Source: Bdellovibrionales bacterium
GTDB taxonomy: Bacteria > Bdellovibrionota > Bdellovibrionia > Bdellovibrionales > UBA1609
Assembly: GCA_050250515.1 (NCBI GenBank)
Contig: JBFWON010000002.1
Span: 8,815 to 72,814, forward strand
Direction: 5' to 3'
Length of the DNA stretch: 64,000 nucleotides
Shown: piece by piece, positions 55,727 through 64,000 of the stretch
Layout: each line of letters opens with the position of its first letter
How positions within the stretch are numbered: the stretch's first letter is position 1
The notes under the pieces: model-generated
The model's database searches: none
The model's input: only the letters and a program-made list of their open reading frames with translations
What the model was told of the DNA's origin: nothing
Made by a program: the position numbers and the translations under genes

Positions 55727-56455
55727 CTAGCCCTGGTCGTTGAGCGACCAATCGTATTCAAGAAAGGTGATTTTAGGTTCTGATAAGCTTTGGCCCGAGT
55801 GTTTCTCAATGACCTTCAAAATCCCACCGCCCCAGCTTTCAAAATCCGATTTGTACCAGTCGAAAATTTTGGAGATTTTGATCTTCTTCTTGTCGCTCAA
55901 GTTATTGCGGGACTCATCAGCCAACCACAGCTTCATTTGCTCATCCAGCTGGGCATCTAACTTGGAACCGACGAAAGCTTCATGGCGAAGGGGCGGGCAG
56001 GATTTAGAAGCACAGTTGACAGCCGCGTGAATTCGATAGTCCTTGTATTTGGGGCGAAGCCATTCATGCTCAATCGGATCTAGAGATTGGATCTTTCCAT
56101 CGAGGAGTTTAAAGAACTTGATGGACCAAGGTTTCTTAAACCAACTCCCAATTTTTTTAATGGAAGCCACCGGGTAATGATCCAGGATCAGCTTCACGGT
56201 GAAGGCGTTGTAAGAATTAATCAAGAAGGCTTTTTTCTGATTGTCGGACCATTTGTTGTATTGGGCGTAGGACACGGATTCAAGAGTCGATAGGATCGGA
56301 GCCAAATCCCCCGAGCTTTTCAGTTTTTTGTAGGCCACTAAGCCTTCAGCATTTTGATACTCCCCTAGGAGGGCGCTCCAGGCTTTGTATTCGTGATCGA
56401 ATGATTGAGGCGCGGCATGGACGGACAAAGCCAAAAGGCCCGCAAAAAACCACAT
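55727..56455 (-). CDS. DUF547-family protein
   Basis: Motifs FLINSYNAFTVKLILDHYP and IHAAVNCASKSCPPL. Has a signal peptide. Confidence 0.7.
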   Translation of the reverse strand: MWFFAGLLALSVHAAPQSFDHEYKAWSALLGEYQNAEGLVAYKKLKSSGDLAPILSTLESVSYAQYNKWSDNQKKAFLINSYNAFTVKLILDHYPVASIKKIGSWFKKPWSIKFFKLLDGKIQSLDPIEHEWLRPKYKDYRIHAAVNCASKSCPPLRHEAFVGSKLDAQLDEQMKLWLADESRNNLSDKKKIKISKIFDWYKSDFESWGGGILKVIEKHSGQSLSEPKITFLEYDWSLNDQG

Positions 56456-56464
56456 GATGTTCTC

Positions 56465-56770
56465 CTAGGATTTGTTTTTTTTACGTCGATTGTTCAGGGC
56501 CGTCTTACATTTATCAATCACCTCTTGTTGGAAGGTGACGCCATTGAACTGGCCAGTTTCAAGAATGGGGCGAACACAGTTCTTGCGAAATTCAGCACGA
56601 TCTTCTCGTTTCGGACCGGGGCGAAATCCCGCCTTCTTACAGGAGGCGTAAATTTTCCGGCAAGGATTGCGTTGTCGATTGGATCCGGGCTCTTCTTGAT
56701 TCGACAACCAGAAGGCTCCAGCGGCAATCAAGATACCAGCCACGACGATGGCCCAACGGTTTGCGTTCAT
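56465..56770 (-). CDS. small membrane-anchored Cys-containing protein
   Basis: N-terminal TM WAIVVAGILIAAGAFWL and a basic tail. Confidence 0.4.
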   Translation of the reverse strand: MNANRWAIVVAGILIAAGAFWLSNQEEPGSNRQRNPCRKIYASCKKAGFRPGPKREDRAEFRKNCVRPILETGQFNGVTFQQEVIDKCKTALNNRRKKNKS

Positions 56771-56840
56771 GTGACCCCCTTAATGCACTGCACCTAGACG
56801 GTTTTGTCCCTGCCTCATATTAGAGGGCTCGGAGGGTCAA

Positions 56841-58844
56841 ATGACAAGTTCAATTCTCGCGTTGCTACTATCGCTTAGTTTTGCCCAATCGGGCTCAAAA
56901 GACTGGAAACTGGTACAAGAGGAAGATGCCGTCCTTAAGGTGCCTGTCTGCCGTGCATTTACATCGGTGATCTCAGGATCCCCCATTGCGGCGGAATTAT
57001 CGCTCAGCTTTCCAAAAGAGATGAATCATCCACCCATGATGATTTTAAAAATACCCGCGGGATCTGGTGTCGAGAGGGCCGTCATACCTTTTTCTAGCCG
57101 AGAGAAAGAAGATCTGCTGATTTTTCAAGCGGGCGCGAGCGCCAATCAGCAAGACTTACTCTGGTATGTTCCCATGCAAATGGAAAAAATGGTGGATATC
57201 ATTATTGGCGATCGCTACTTGCCGATTCAGTTCACCAAAGATGGCAAGGCGGTCAATGGTCGGATTTCTCTGTCAGGATCTTCGGCGACGATGAACCTGG
57301 TCTCGACTTGCCTCGGCCGAGACGAAATTCTGCCGACAAAATTTTTTCGTGAACTGAACCGGCCGGCGGGTTCGGCCCCTTTGGGTGACGATCGCTCCGT
57401 CGGTCAGCTGATACAGTATGTGGATGGCGCCTATGTTCAGTATGTGGCCGCGCTCACAACCGAAGCCGATATTGCCAAGCTTCGCGATCAAATGAAGCCA
57501 CTCATTCGTCAGGAAACAGACGCCCAGCGGGCTCTGGATACGGCGGAACAAAATCTTCAGCGCGCCATAAACACGGCCAGTGCGACGGAAGCCAAGATTC
57601 AACAGGGCGAGGCTCGTTTACAGGTCATTCCCGGTGAGATTGCGCGTCTCGAAGCGGCGCGACCAGCGGCCGAGCAAGATATGCAGAGTAAATACGCGGT
57701 GTATGAACCGTTAAAGCGTCAAGCCGAAGGCTATCAGGCCCGTATTGATAGCGCCGCCCAGAGAGCTCAGGCGGTGGAGCAAGAAATCGATCGTCGCGAG
57801 AGTGCGATTTCTTCAGCCGAGAGTCGAATTCGTGAACTGCAAACTGAGAGCGCCCGTCTTAGCGATAGAATCGCCGGTATCGACAGCAGTTTGACTCCTA
57901 AGGAGCGTCGGCGCGCCGAACTGGAGTCGGAATTAGCCACTTACAATGTTGAGTATGAAAAACAAAAAATACTGAATGACGATTGGTCTTATCAGCAACT
58001 GGAGCGGGAGAAAGATCAGTTACAAAATCAATTGCGACAAACTCGCCAAGAGCTGCAGCGAGCGGAGCAACGTCTACGCCAAGCGGAAGATCGTCTCCGT
58101 CAATGTCGCAATCGGCCCAACCCCAATTGCTCGGCAGAGGAGCAGGAGTACAATCAGGCGAACAACGAAGTTTCGAATCTGCGTTCCAATCTGAGCAGCT
58201 TGCAACAGCGGATCACTTACAATGAATCGCAAATGCGGCAAAAGGAACAAGAGGCTGAGCGACGGGCTCTCGCCAAGCGTGACGATTTGGCGGCTGAGTT
58301 ACGCCGCGTGGTGGGCGAAATTGCCGGACTTCGGGCCGAGCGTGATCAGGCGACGAACCGTATCCAAACCATTCACACGGTTGCCATTCCGCAGCTGCAA
58401 AACGATATCTCGCGGGCTCAATCGGAACTCCCCAGTTTGCGTCGCGATTTAGGTATTGCCCAAAATGACGTGCGAGTGGCCCGAGAGGAACTGCGACAGT
58501 ACAAAGCCAGTGTCGGTTACGATCGTATCGAAAATGAGTACCGTGTGGCGCGAGATCGTTTTCAGCAGATCGTGGGTGGTCTGGAAGACCTCCGTGAGGA
58601 GCAGACGAACCTGAATCGAAACCTACCCACTTGGCGAACGCAGCTGGATCGTCAGCGCCAAGACGTTCAGAGGCTGACCCCCCTCCGCGATCAAGCTCGC
58701 GCTCAGCTGGTGTCCATTCAAAATCAGTTGAAACCGCTGCGGGATCAGGAAAAGGCTTTGGTCGACGGCTTAGCGGCCATTCAGCAGCAATTCGACGAAT
58801 TGCGCCGTCTATACCAGACCCTAACTGCCTTGTTATTGGGCTAG
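56841..58844 (+). CDS. secreted protein with a ~450-aa Gln/Arg/Glu-rich coiled coil
   Basis: Signal peptide ILALLLSLSFAQSG, a globular N-terminal domain of about 200 aa, then continuous heptad-like sequence. Confidence 0.6.
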   Translation: MTSSILALLLSLSFAQSGSKDWKLVQEEDAVLKVPVCRAFTSVISGSPIAAELSLSFPKEMNHPPMMILKIPAGSGVERAVIPFSSREKEDLLIFQAGASANQQDLLWYVPMQMEKMVDIIIGDRYLPIQFTKDGKAVNGRISLSGSSATMNLVSTCLGRDEILPTKFFRELNRPAGSAPLGDDRSVGQLIQYVDGAYVQYVAALTTEADIAKLRDQMKPLIRQETDAQRALDTAEQNLQRAINTASATEAKIQQGEARLQVIPGEIARLEAARPAAEQDMQSKYAVYEPLKRQAEGYQARIDSAAQRAQAVEQEIDRRESAISSAESRIRELQTESARLSDRIAGIDSSLTPKERRRAELESELATYNVEYEKQKILNDDWSYQQLEREKDQLQNQLRQTRQELQRAEQRLRQAEDRLRQCRNRPNPNCSAEEQEYNQANNEVSNLRSNLSSLQQRITYNESQMRQKEQEAERRALAKRDDLAAELRRVVGEIAGLRAERDQATNRIQTIHTVAIPQLQNDISRAQSELPSLRRDLGIAQNDVRVAREELRQYKASVGYDRIENEYRVARDRFQQIVGGLEDLREEQTNLNRNLPTWRTQLDRQRQDVQRLTPLRDQARAQLVSIQNQLKPLRDQEKALVDGLAAIQQQFDELRRLYQTLTALLLG

Positions 58845-58954
58845 TTACATACCGGGCCGGCTGAAAAATTTTCGGATCGGCCCTGATTCTCCATATCACT
58901 TGTTCCGGTCCGACCTTTTGGTAATCTCCCTCCATCTAATGATGGGGGGCTATC

Positions 58955-59587
58955 ATGTTGAAAAATTTTGCACTCGCTGGTTTGTTGCTGCTCGGAAGTT
59001 CGAGCTGGGCTGCGGTTCTTGAGCTGGAGGCCGGTAAAACGGTAAAGGAAGGCGTGACCATTTCGGCCGGTGGAATGATGACCACCGATACGACCAAACT
59101 TCCGATGACCACTGTCGGTTCGGGCGTTCGCTACAAAAAGGTCGTCTTTTCTTTACGAGTCTATGTGGCAGAGCTGCTGGTTTCCGAAGTCGCTACTTTC
59201 AAGAAAACTGAGGCCGAAGCGTTAGACTCTATTCCCTCGCAAAGTGGCGTGGCCATGCATCTCACTTTCCTGCGGGATGTTCCGGCCGACAAACTTTATG
59301 AAGCCTTTGCCTCAAGTCTTGCGGCCAACGGTTTGGACTCGAGTGATCCTGATATTGCGGCCTTCAATAATTTGGCCCAACAAGGGGGCGCCGGCGTCGA
59401 TGGCGGGACTTTGACTATCGCCATTTATAAAAACGCCTCCGGTGGAGAGACCTTGGCTTATGAAAACGGCAGCTACACCGGTGAAATTTCGGGTGCAGCC
59501 GGATTGGCCAAAAAAATCATGAGCATTTGGCTGGGCGTTCCGGCTGACAACCAATTAGCTCAGCTCAAAACTGAACTTTTGCAGTAG
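58955..59587 (+). CDS. chalcone-isomerase-like family protein (secreted)
   Basis: Signal peptide. GSGVRYKKVVFSLRVYVAELL and MHLTFLRDVPADKL match the pattern of bacterial chalcone-isomerase-like proteins. Confidence 0.5.
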   Translation: MLKNFALAGLLLLGSSSWAAVLELEAGKTVKEGVTISAGGMMTTDTTKLPMTTVGSGVRYKKVVFSLRVYVAELLVSEVATFKKTEAEALDSIPSQSGVAMHLTFLRDVPADKLYEAFASSLAANGLDSSDPDIAAFNNLAQQGGAGVDGGTLTIAIYKNASGGETLAYENGSYTGEISGAAGLAKKIMSIWLGVPADNQLAQLKTELLQ

Positions 59588-59595
59588 ACCGAACG

Positions 59596-60519
59596 ATGAA
59601 AAAAACAGTATTGGGAGCCGTGACGGCCCTCCTCCTGGTTGGCTGTGGAGCCGACAAGGCCATCAAAAATGCAAACAAGATTCCGGGGCAACTCGATAAA
59701 ACTATTGAGCGCTTAGACAAGATGGACACCCGCTTGGATCAGGTGGAGTGTGAAGTCAAAAAGGGCATCAGCTTTGAAGCCCTACTAAATGGGACCTACG
59801 CCCAAGATTTGGTTCCGGTTCCATTTGATCTTTTGCCTTTTGCGCGTCAGTTCGCGCGCTGCGCCTCTCCAGAAGAAGTGGCTGAGATCGTTGACCTCTG
59901 GGTGAAAAAACTCAATGAGGTCACACTTGATTTGCCGAACCCCACGCCTGAGGATGTGCAGGTTTTTGATAAGCGCAAAATGCATGTCTATTCGGCCTTG
60001 CAGGCTGTTGCAGGATTTACGCCTCAAGCCAAACTCGATCAGATCATCTATGATCAGATTCTTCGTTCGGGCCAGTACTATGAGGCGACGATGCAGCTTC
60101 TAATGTTAAGGGTGAAGTTCTTTCGCGACATGATGTTAGATGGGCGCTTGTTTTCCAAGCCGATCACCACGGTGGGACAGCTTAAAAAAGCCATCGAATA
60201 TATGGACGAGATCGAGTTTGTCGCCCGCCTTCCTTTTCGCGCGGAGATTGCGATCGCCATCACTGGCTTTAAAGATCCCATGCTGGATAAAGATACCAGT
60301 GAGGTTCTGGATTACACATTTGTGAAGTTGAAATGGCGAGAGCTGAAAGAAAAGGCGGCTCGCACTCTTAAGCTTGAGCAAAAAGACTGGAGTGGCTCGA
60401 AGGAAGAGGCGGAGCAAAGGTTTCGCGAACTACAGACCGAGCTGGCCGAGTCCATGAAGCTGATCCAGTCGCGTGTCGACGGATGGGCGAATCCGGCGCC
60501 GACACGCCTAAAACGCTAG
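59596..60519 (+). CDS. lipoprotein, unknown function
   Basis: Lipobox LLLVGCGAD. Confidence 0.55.
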   Translation: MKKTVLGAVTALLLVGCGADKAIKNANKIPGQLDKTIERLDKMDTRLDQVECEVKKGISFEALLNGTYAQDLVPVPFDLLPFARQFARCASPEEVAEIVDLWVKKLNEVTLDLPNPTPEDVQVFDKRKMHVYSALQAVAGFTPQAKLDQIIYDQILRSGQYYEATMQLLMLRVKFFRDMMLDGRLFSKPITTVGQLKKAIEYMDEIEFVARLPFRAEIAIAITGFKDPMLDKDTSEVLDYTFVKLKWRELKEKAARTLKLEQKDWSGSKEEAEQRFRELQTELAESMKLIQSRVDGWANPAPTRLKR

Positions 60520-60596
60520 CCAAGTAGGCTTTGCCCCGTAGTAGGGGCCAAAGCCAATGTTTGATCGAGACAAGAGAATGGGCTATTGGTGGTGGC

Positions 60597-60884
60597 ATGT
60601 GGAGCCCGAGAATTCTTGCATTCGTGATCTTGATGATTTCCCCATGCGCCTTCGGCGTGGGTAAGAAGAAATTGAATTTTATGCCCGTTCCTCAAAAGGG
60701 AGCACGATTGCCCGAGGAGCCGAAGGACCTTGAAAAGCCCGAGACCCGTGAAATTTTGGACGAAGATTCGACCCTTCCTCACCGAGTTCAGGAACTCTTG
60801 CTTGGTCCATCGAAAGATCCTGCGGCGAGTTCGCGCCATTTTGATCCACTCGAGCACGGTGCCCGAACCTCACGTTGGCAGTAA
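60597..60884 (+). CDS. possible small secreted protein
   Basis: The internal ATG gives MWSPRILAFVILMISPCAFG. Overlapped by antisense ORFs. Confidence 0.3.
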   Translation: MWSPRILAFVILMISPCAFGVGKKKLNFMPVPQKGARLPEEPKDLEKPETREILDEDSTLPHRVQELLLGPSKDPAASSRHFDPLEHGARTSRWQ

Positions 60885-60887
60885 GTT

Positions 60888-61241
60888 TTAGTCGATGGAA
60901 TTCATGATTCGGCGGGCTCCGGAAAGACGAAACCAAACTCGCTCAGACATGAGAATGGCAACGGCGAGGGCAGGAATCGCAAAGAGCCCGCAGAAGACCC
61001 AGAATAAAATTTCGATTTTTCCATTGAAGTCGTGATCCCATAAAAGGGTGGCCGTCACGAGGGCGCCAACGCCAGAGAAAATCATCAGCTGAAGAAGTAA
61101 GAAGGTGGCCAAGGCGGCCATAAGGGAGATGCGAATTCCACGAAGTGCGCGCAAATAGACGGCTAGGCTTCGGCGCTTCACCTGTCGGCAAACCGCCTGT
61201 TTTCCCCACACCATCCAAAGCAAGCGCAAGAACCACTTCAA
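60888..61241 (-). CDS. YqjE-like (phage-holin-3_6-like) two-TM membrane protein
   Basis: Two long TMs. ATGA-type overlap with the upstream DUF883 gene, which is its usual partner. Confidence 0.45.
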   Translation of the reverse strand: MKWFLRLLWMVWGKQAVCRQVKRRSLAVYLRALRGIRISLMAALATFLLLQLMIFSGVGALVTATLLWDHDFNGKIEILFWVFCGLFAIPALAVAILMSERVWFRLSGARRIMNSID

Positions 61242-61597
61242 TCGTCTCTCCTGCCCCGCGGCGAGAACAACAGTCCCAATATAAAAAATACCAGTGCAAC
61301 GACACCCATGGCGGCCCAGGGATTTTGCTGTATCTGGGCTTCGGCTTTGCTCTTACCCTCTTTCAACTCATCGCCCACCTTGGTTTTGATCTCTTCGAGT
61401 TGGGGTTTTAAATTTTTAAGGGTCTCTTCGACTTTGGCGAGCTCCTCTTGCAGGCGCTTCGGAAGTTCCTGGGCCGCCCCATTCGTCAATTTTTCTAAGT
61501 CTTCGATAGCTTTGGAGAATGTTCGTGGTTTTTCATCCATTTTGAGCTCACTCCTGGATAATTGCTTGTCGGAAGAATGTATCCATTTCTGTTGCAC
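61238..61597 (-). CDS. DUF883 (ElaB/YqjD-like) tail-anchored protein
   Basis: Helical N-terminal part. C-terminal QNPWAAMGVVALVFFILGLLFSPRGRR. Confidence 0.7.
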   Translation of the reverse strand: MQQKWIHSSDKQLSRSELKMDEKPRTFSKAIEDLEKLTNGAAQELPKRLQEELAKVEETLKNLKPQLEEIKTKVGDELKEGKSKAEAQIQQNPWAAMGVVALVFFILGLLFSPRGRRDD

Positions 61598-61626
61598 CCC
61601 TCGACCATGGGCGGTACCTCATGTGA

Positions 61627-62268
61627 ATGGAATTTGACCAGCTGGTCCAACTGCCAGAAAGTGCGCGCGATGAGGCCTGGGAGAGGCGTTTTCTAGATGC
61701 GATTCTCCAGATGCGTGTGGATGTCCTCAACAATGGCGAAACCGTTCGTGGACCGGATGGGTGGCCTTACCTAAGCGTGAAAACCGGTGGTGAAGGAGAA
61801 GAGGAATTCAGCAAGGTGGTTCGCTGGCTTGCTGGACGTGGCATTGGGTTGGTGGTCAATTCATTCAAAATGGTGCCCGACTATGTCTTCACATATGGAA
61901 TGATTTGGAATTTTGTTGAGACGGGCCGTTTTATCACTCCTTGGGAGGTACCTCTTCCTGGTGAAGTCCATCTCGCACCCGAGTCCCGACCTCTGATTGG
62001 TCCACCCACCGAAAAATATCTTCCTTCGTACGTGCGGTCGATTTTGCGCGAGCTCTTAGGGCAACAGGGATTTTCAAAACCGCTGATTCTGGTTGCGACA
62101 ACTGGCGATTTCAAGGTGCAAGATTTGCTGTTAGCCAGGGAGTCAGTCGGCTCCCTGTCGGCGACGGAGCAAAGAGATCTGGCGGAGGCTTTGTCATGGT
62201 TCCTTCCGCTGCATTACTCACTTGTATTCGTTGATAAAAAAGAATTCTCTGGCTGGATCGAACTATGA
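61627..62268 (+). CDS. hypothetical protein
   Basis: 213-aa ORF with no motif recognised. Confidence 0.45.
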   Translation: MEFDQLVQLPESARDEAWERRFLDAILQMRVDVLNNGETVRGPDGWPYLSVKTGGEGEEEFSKVVRWLAGRGIGLVVNSFKMVPDYVFTYGMIWNFVETGRFITPWEVPLPGEVHLAPESRPLIGPPTEKYLPSYVRSILRELLGQQGFSKPLILVATTGDFKVQDLLLARESVGSLSATEQRDLAEALSWFLPLHYSLVFVDKKEFSGWIEL

Positions 62269-62709
62269 CTTTGGCGTTGAATCTGCGGCGTCGTCCTTGG
62301 CCATTTCGCCAGGCTCGGGCAACAAATCCACGAGACATCCCCGCCAATACTCTGGCACTTCGGGCGAAAAGGTAATCGCAATCTCGAATTTACCTTTTCC
62401 GACATGGTCGGCCCGGGTAATGGTTCCGTCCAAATCCAAATTCATTTGAGGTAAATACATAACGACCTGGTGGCCGACCAAATGACTTAGGTTCAAATTC
62501 TCTCTATATTCTTTCGGCACAAGTGAGTTTCGGTCCACTTTAACCAAAAATCCAGATTGTGAGGCATCTACGATTATTCCCTCGCGAGATATTACAGAGT
62601 AGCTGGATAAAGAGGTCAGTTCCGCCACATGGATCGTGTCGACCACTTTTCGAGCTGCGAGCCTTCGTTCCGCCTTCATAAAACCACCTGTTTCAATCGT
62701 GTTCTGCAT
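62263..62709 (-). CDS. PilZ-domain (c-di-GMP-binding) protein
   Basis: RxxxR motif (RRLAAR) and DxSxxG motif (DASQSGF). Confidence 0.7.
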   Translation of the reverse strand: MQNTIETGGFMKAERRLAARKVVDTIHVAELTSLSSYSVISREGIIVDASQSGFLVKVDRNSLVPKEYRENLNLSHLVGHQVVMYLPQMNLDLDGTITRADHVGKGKFEIAITFSPEVPEYWRGCLVDLLPEPGEMAKDDAADSTPKS

Positions 62710-62756
62710 ATCTCATCGGTGGTCCTGGACCAAAGTTTTAGCGCAAAATCACATTC

Positions 62757-63338
62757 TCATTCCGAGACGGGTCGCCCTGTACACAACGAGACAACCCATT
62801 CTTCGTGTAAAAACGAGAGACCGCGCAAATCTGGGTGACCTACCACTTCGAATTCGTGCCCCCACCCATCGGGACAGCTTCGCCAAGCATTCACTTCTAT
62901 TTGGGTGATGATTTGGGGCTGCCTAGGACCATACAAAGACTTAAAGACGGCTTCTTTTGCGGGAAATAAGTAGATGGAAAGCGGACAGTTTGCCAGCTCT
63001 TTGACACTGGCGATTCGGTTGACAATGTTAGAAGTTAGACGGTTTTGAATTTCGATATCGAGACCAATGGGCTGGCTGCCTGGTACAGCGACCCACCCGC
63101 CAACACTGGGGCAATGGGTGATGCTGAGGGACCAACCTCGAACGACGGGCACCTTTTCCAATTGAACCAGATTCGCTAGATCGTCGGATTCCAACCCGGT
63201 GAGAGAGGAAGAAATCGAGTCGCGGACTCTTTGACGATAACCTTCAGTTCGGGAACCAAATTGGATCTCCCACTTTGACTGGTCCGTCGCGCAAAAACGA
63301 CAGATCTTTTCTTTTAAATTTGAAAGCGGGTCGGCCAA
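62757..63338 (-). CDS. 4'-phosphopantetheinyl transferase
   Basis: Motifs IGLDIE and FPAKEAVFKSL, plus SITHC. Confidence 0.65.
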   Translation of the reverse strand: MADPLSNLKEKICRFCATDQSKWEIQFGSRTEGYRQRVRDSISSSLTGLESDDLANLVQLEKVPVVRGWSLSITHCPSVGGWVAVPGSQPIGLDIEIQNRLTSNIVNRIASVKELANCPLSIYLFPAKEAVFKSLYGPRQPQIITQIEVNAWRSCPDGWGHEFEVVGHPDLRGLSFLHEEWVVSLCTGRPVSE

Positions 63339-64000
63339 TCGACTTCCTCACCACGAGTGAGGCGCATCATTCTATCTAAACTCGTGCGAGCTTTAGTCAT
63401 GAGTTGGGGTTCCATCTTCACGCTCGGGTTTAAACTCTTAAGGCTGGCCTCAATTTTCTCCAGAGTGTTGAGCTTCATGTACGGACATTCATTGCAGGCG
63501 CAGGATCCCTGGGCCGGAGCTTGAATGAGCTTAGCGTTGGGGCTGGCCTTTTGCATTTGATGGAAAATTCCAATTTCCGTGGCCACAATAAACTTGCCGT
63601 TGGGATGATCGGCAACCTCTTTAAGCAATCGGCTGGTCGAACCAATGACATCGGCGTGCTCTAACACAGGCTCGTCGCACTCGGGGTGAGCCAAAACCTT
63701 GGCCTCGGGGTGCTGCGATTTTAGTTCAAACAATCGCCGGGCTGAAAACAGAACATGAACTTCGCACGAGCCAGGCCATAGTATCATTTCGCGATCTAAT
63801 TTTCGGCTAAGGTATCGGCCGAGATTTCGATCCGGTCCAAAGAGAATGCGCCGATCGCGCGGAATCGAACCAATAATTTTCTCGGCGTTGCTCGAGGTCA
63901 CGCAAACATCCGAAATACTTTTCACTTCGGCGCTGCTGTTAACATAGGTTACGCAAATCGCGTCAGGGTGTTCATTTCGCCATGCCAGGTACTTTTGATA
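63314..64000 (-). CDS. nadA: quinolinate synthase, C-terminal part (5' end beyond the window)
   Basis: Motifs VTSSNAEKI, ILWPGSCEVH, AHPEC and CACNECPYMK. The frame stays open upstream of the track ATG (63925) to nt 64000: ...YQKYLAWRNEHPDAICVTYVNSSAEVK. Confidence 0.85.
   Translation of the reverse strand, partial: YQKYLAWRNEHPDAICVTYVNSSAEVKSISDVCVTSSNAEKIIGSIPRDRRILFGPDRNLGRYLSRKLDREMILWPGSCEVHVLFSARRLFELKSQHPEAKVLAHPECDEPVLEHADVIGSTSRLLKEVADHPNGKFIVATEIGIFHQMQKASPNAKLIQAPAQGSCACNECPYMKLNTLEKIEASLKSLNPSVKMEPQLMTKARTSLDRMMRLTRGEEVDWPTRFQI

Noticed and set aside
58213-58935. 240-aa ORF antisense to the coiled-coil gene
   Set aside because: It is a product of the strong compositional bias of the Q/R/E-rich coding strand. 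It overruns the gene end without its own signals.

Overview
This 64-kb window comes from a chromosome of mid-range GC by eye. The host is probably a Bdellovibrio/Oligoflexia-like predatory or delta-type bacterium. That is a low-confidence inference from gene content and from the recurring FQNC/FQAC lipobox.

**1-24.9 kb: housekeeping genes, mostly in translationally coupled operons.**
- A cell-division/envelope operon: ftsE-ftsX-M23(EnvC-like)-ctpA.
- A BacNaV-type sodium channel coupled to an outer-membrane barrel gene and a cNMP-binding pseudo-receiver.
- tig.
- A 5-gene operon: ArsA-like, ArsA-like, TPR lipoprotein, EI24/CysZ-like, gshA-like.
- pepA, clpP-clpX and lon.
- Two copies of a 67-nt palindromic REP-like element.
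- A GNAT acetyltransferase and a TPR-winged-helix regulator.

**25.04-42.79 kb: a ~17.7-kb integrative island, visibly more AT-rich (not computed).**
- It is bounded by 27-bp direct repeats that lie inside the two halves of a split tRNA-Val(UAC) gene.
- The island carries its own intact tRNA-Val(UAC) paralogue.
- It also carries a tyrosine integrase, a divergent AT-rich switch region and a DUF4373-like plus DnaB/RepA-like helicase replication module.
- Further genes are a retropepsin-like protease, an XRE-led operon of five secreted or lipoproteins of unknown function, and mirror-image promoter/operator repeats around an 87-aa ORF.
- The right part holds a second tyrosine recombinase, an excisionase-like gene, and an XRE/XRE switch followed by an orphan receiver and three unknown genes.
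- I recognised no capsid, terminase, tail or conjugation genes.

**42.8-64 kb: mixed accessory and housekeeping genes.**
- A cluster of small secreted or lipoproteins with a second TPR-winged-helix regulator.
- Di-heme cytochrome c peroxidase and hisS.
- An envelope-modification trio: LtaS/EptA-like transferase, MBOAT-like protein and DUF547.
- A 667-aa secreted coiled-coil protein, a chalcone-isomerase-like protein and a DUF883/YqjE pair.
- A PilZ protein, a PPTase and a partial nadA.

No rRNA genes or CRISPR arrays were seen. All protein calls rest on motifs read by eye. No database search was run.
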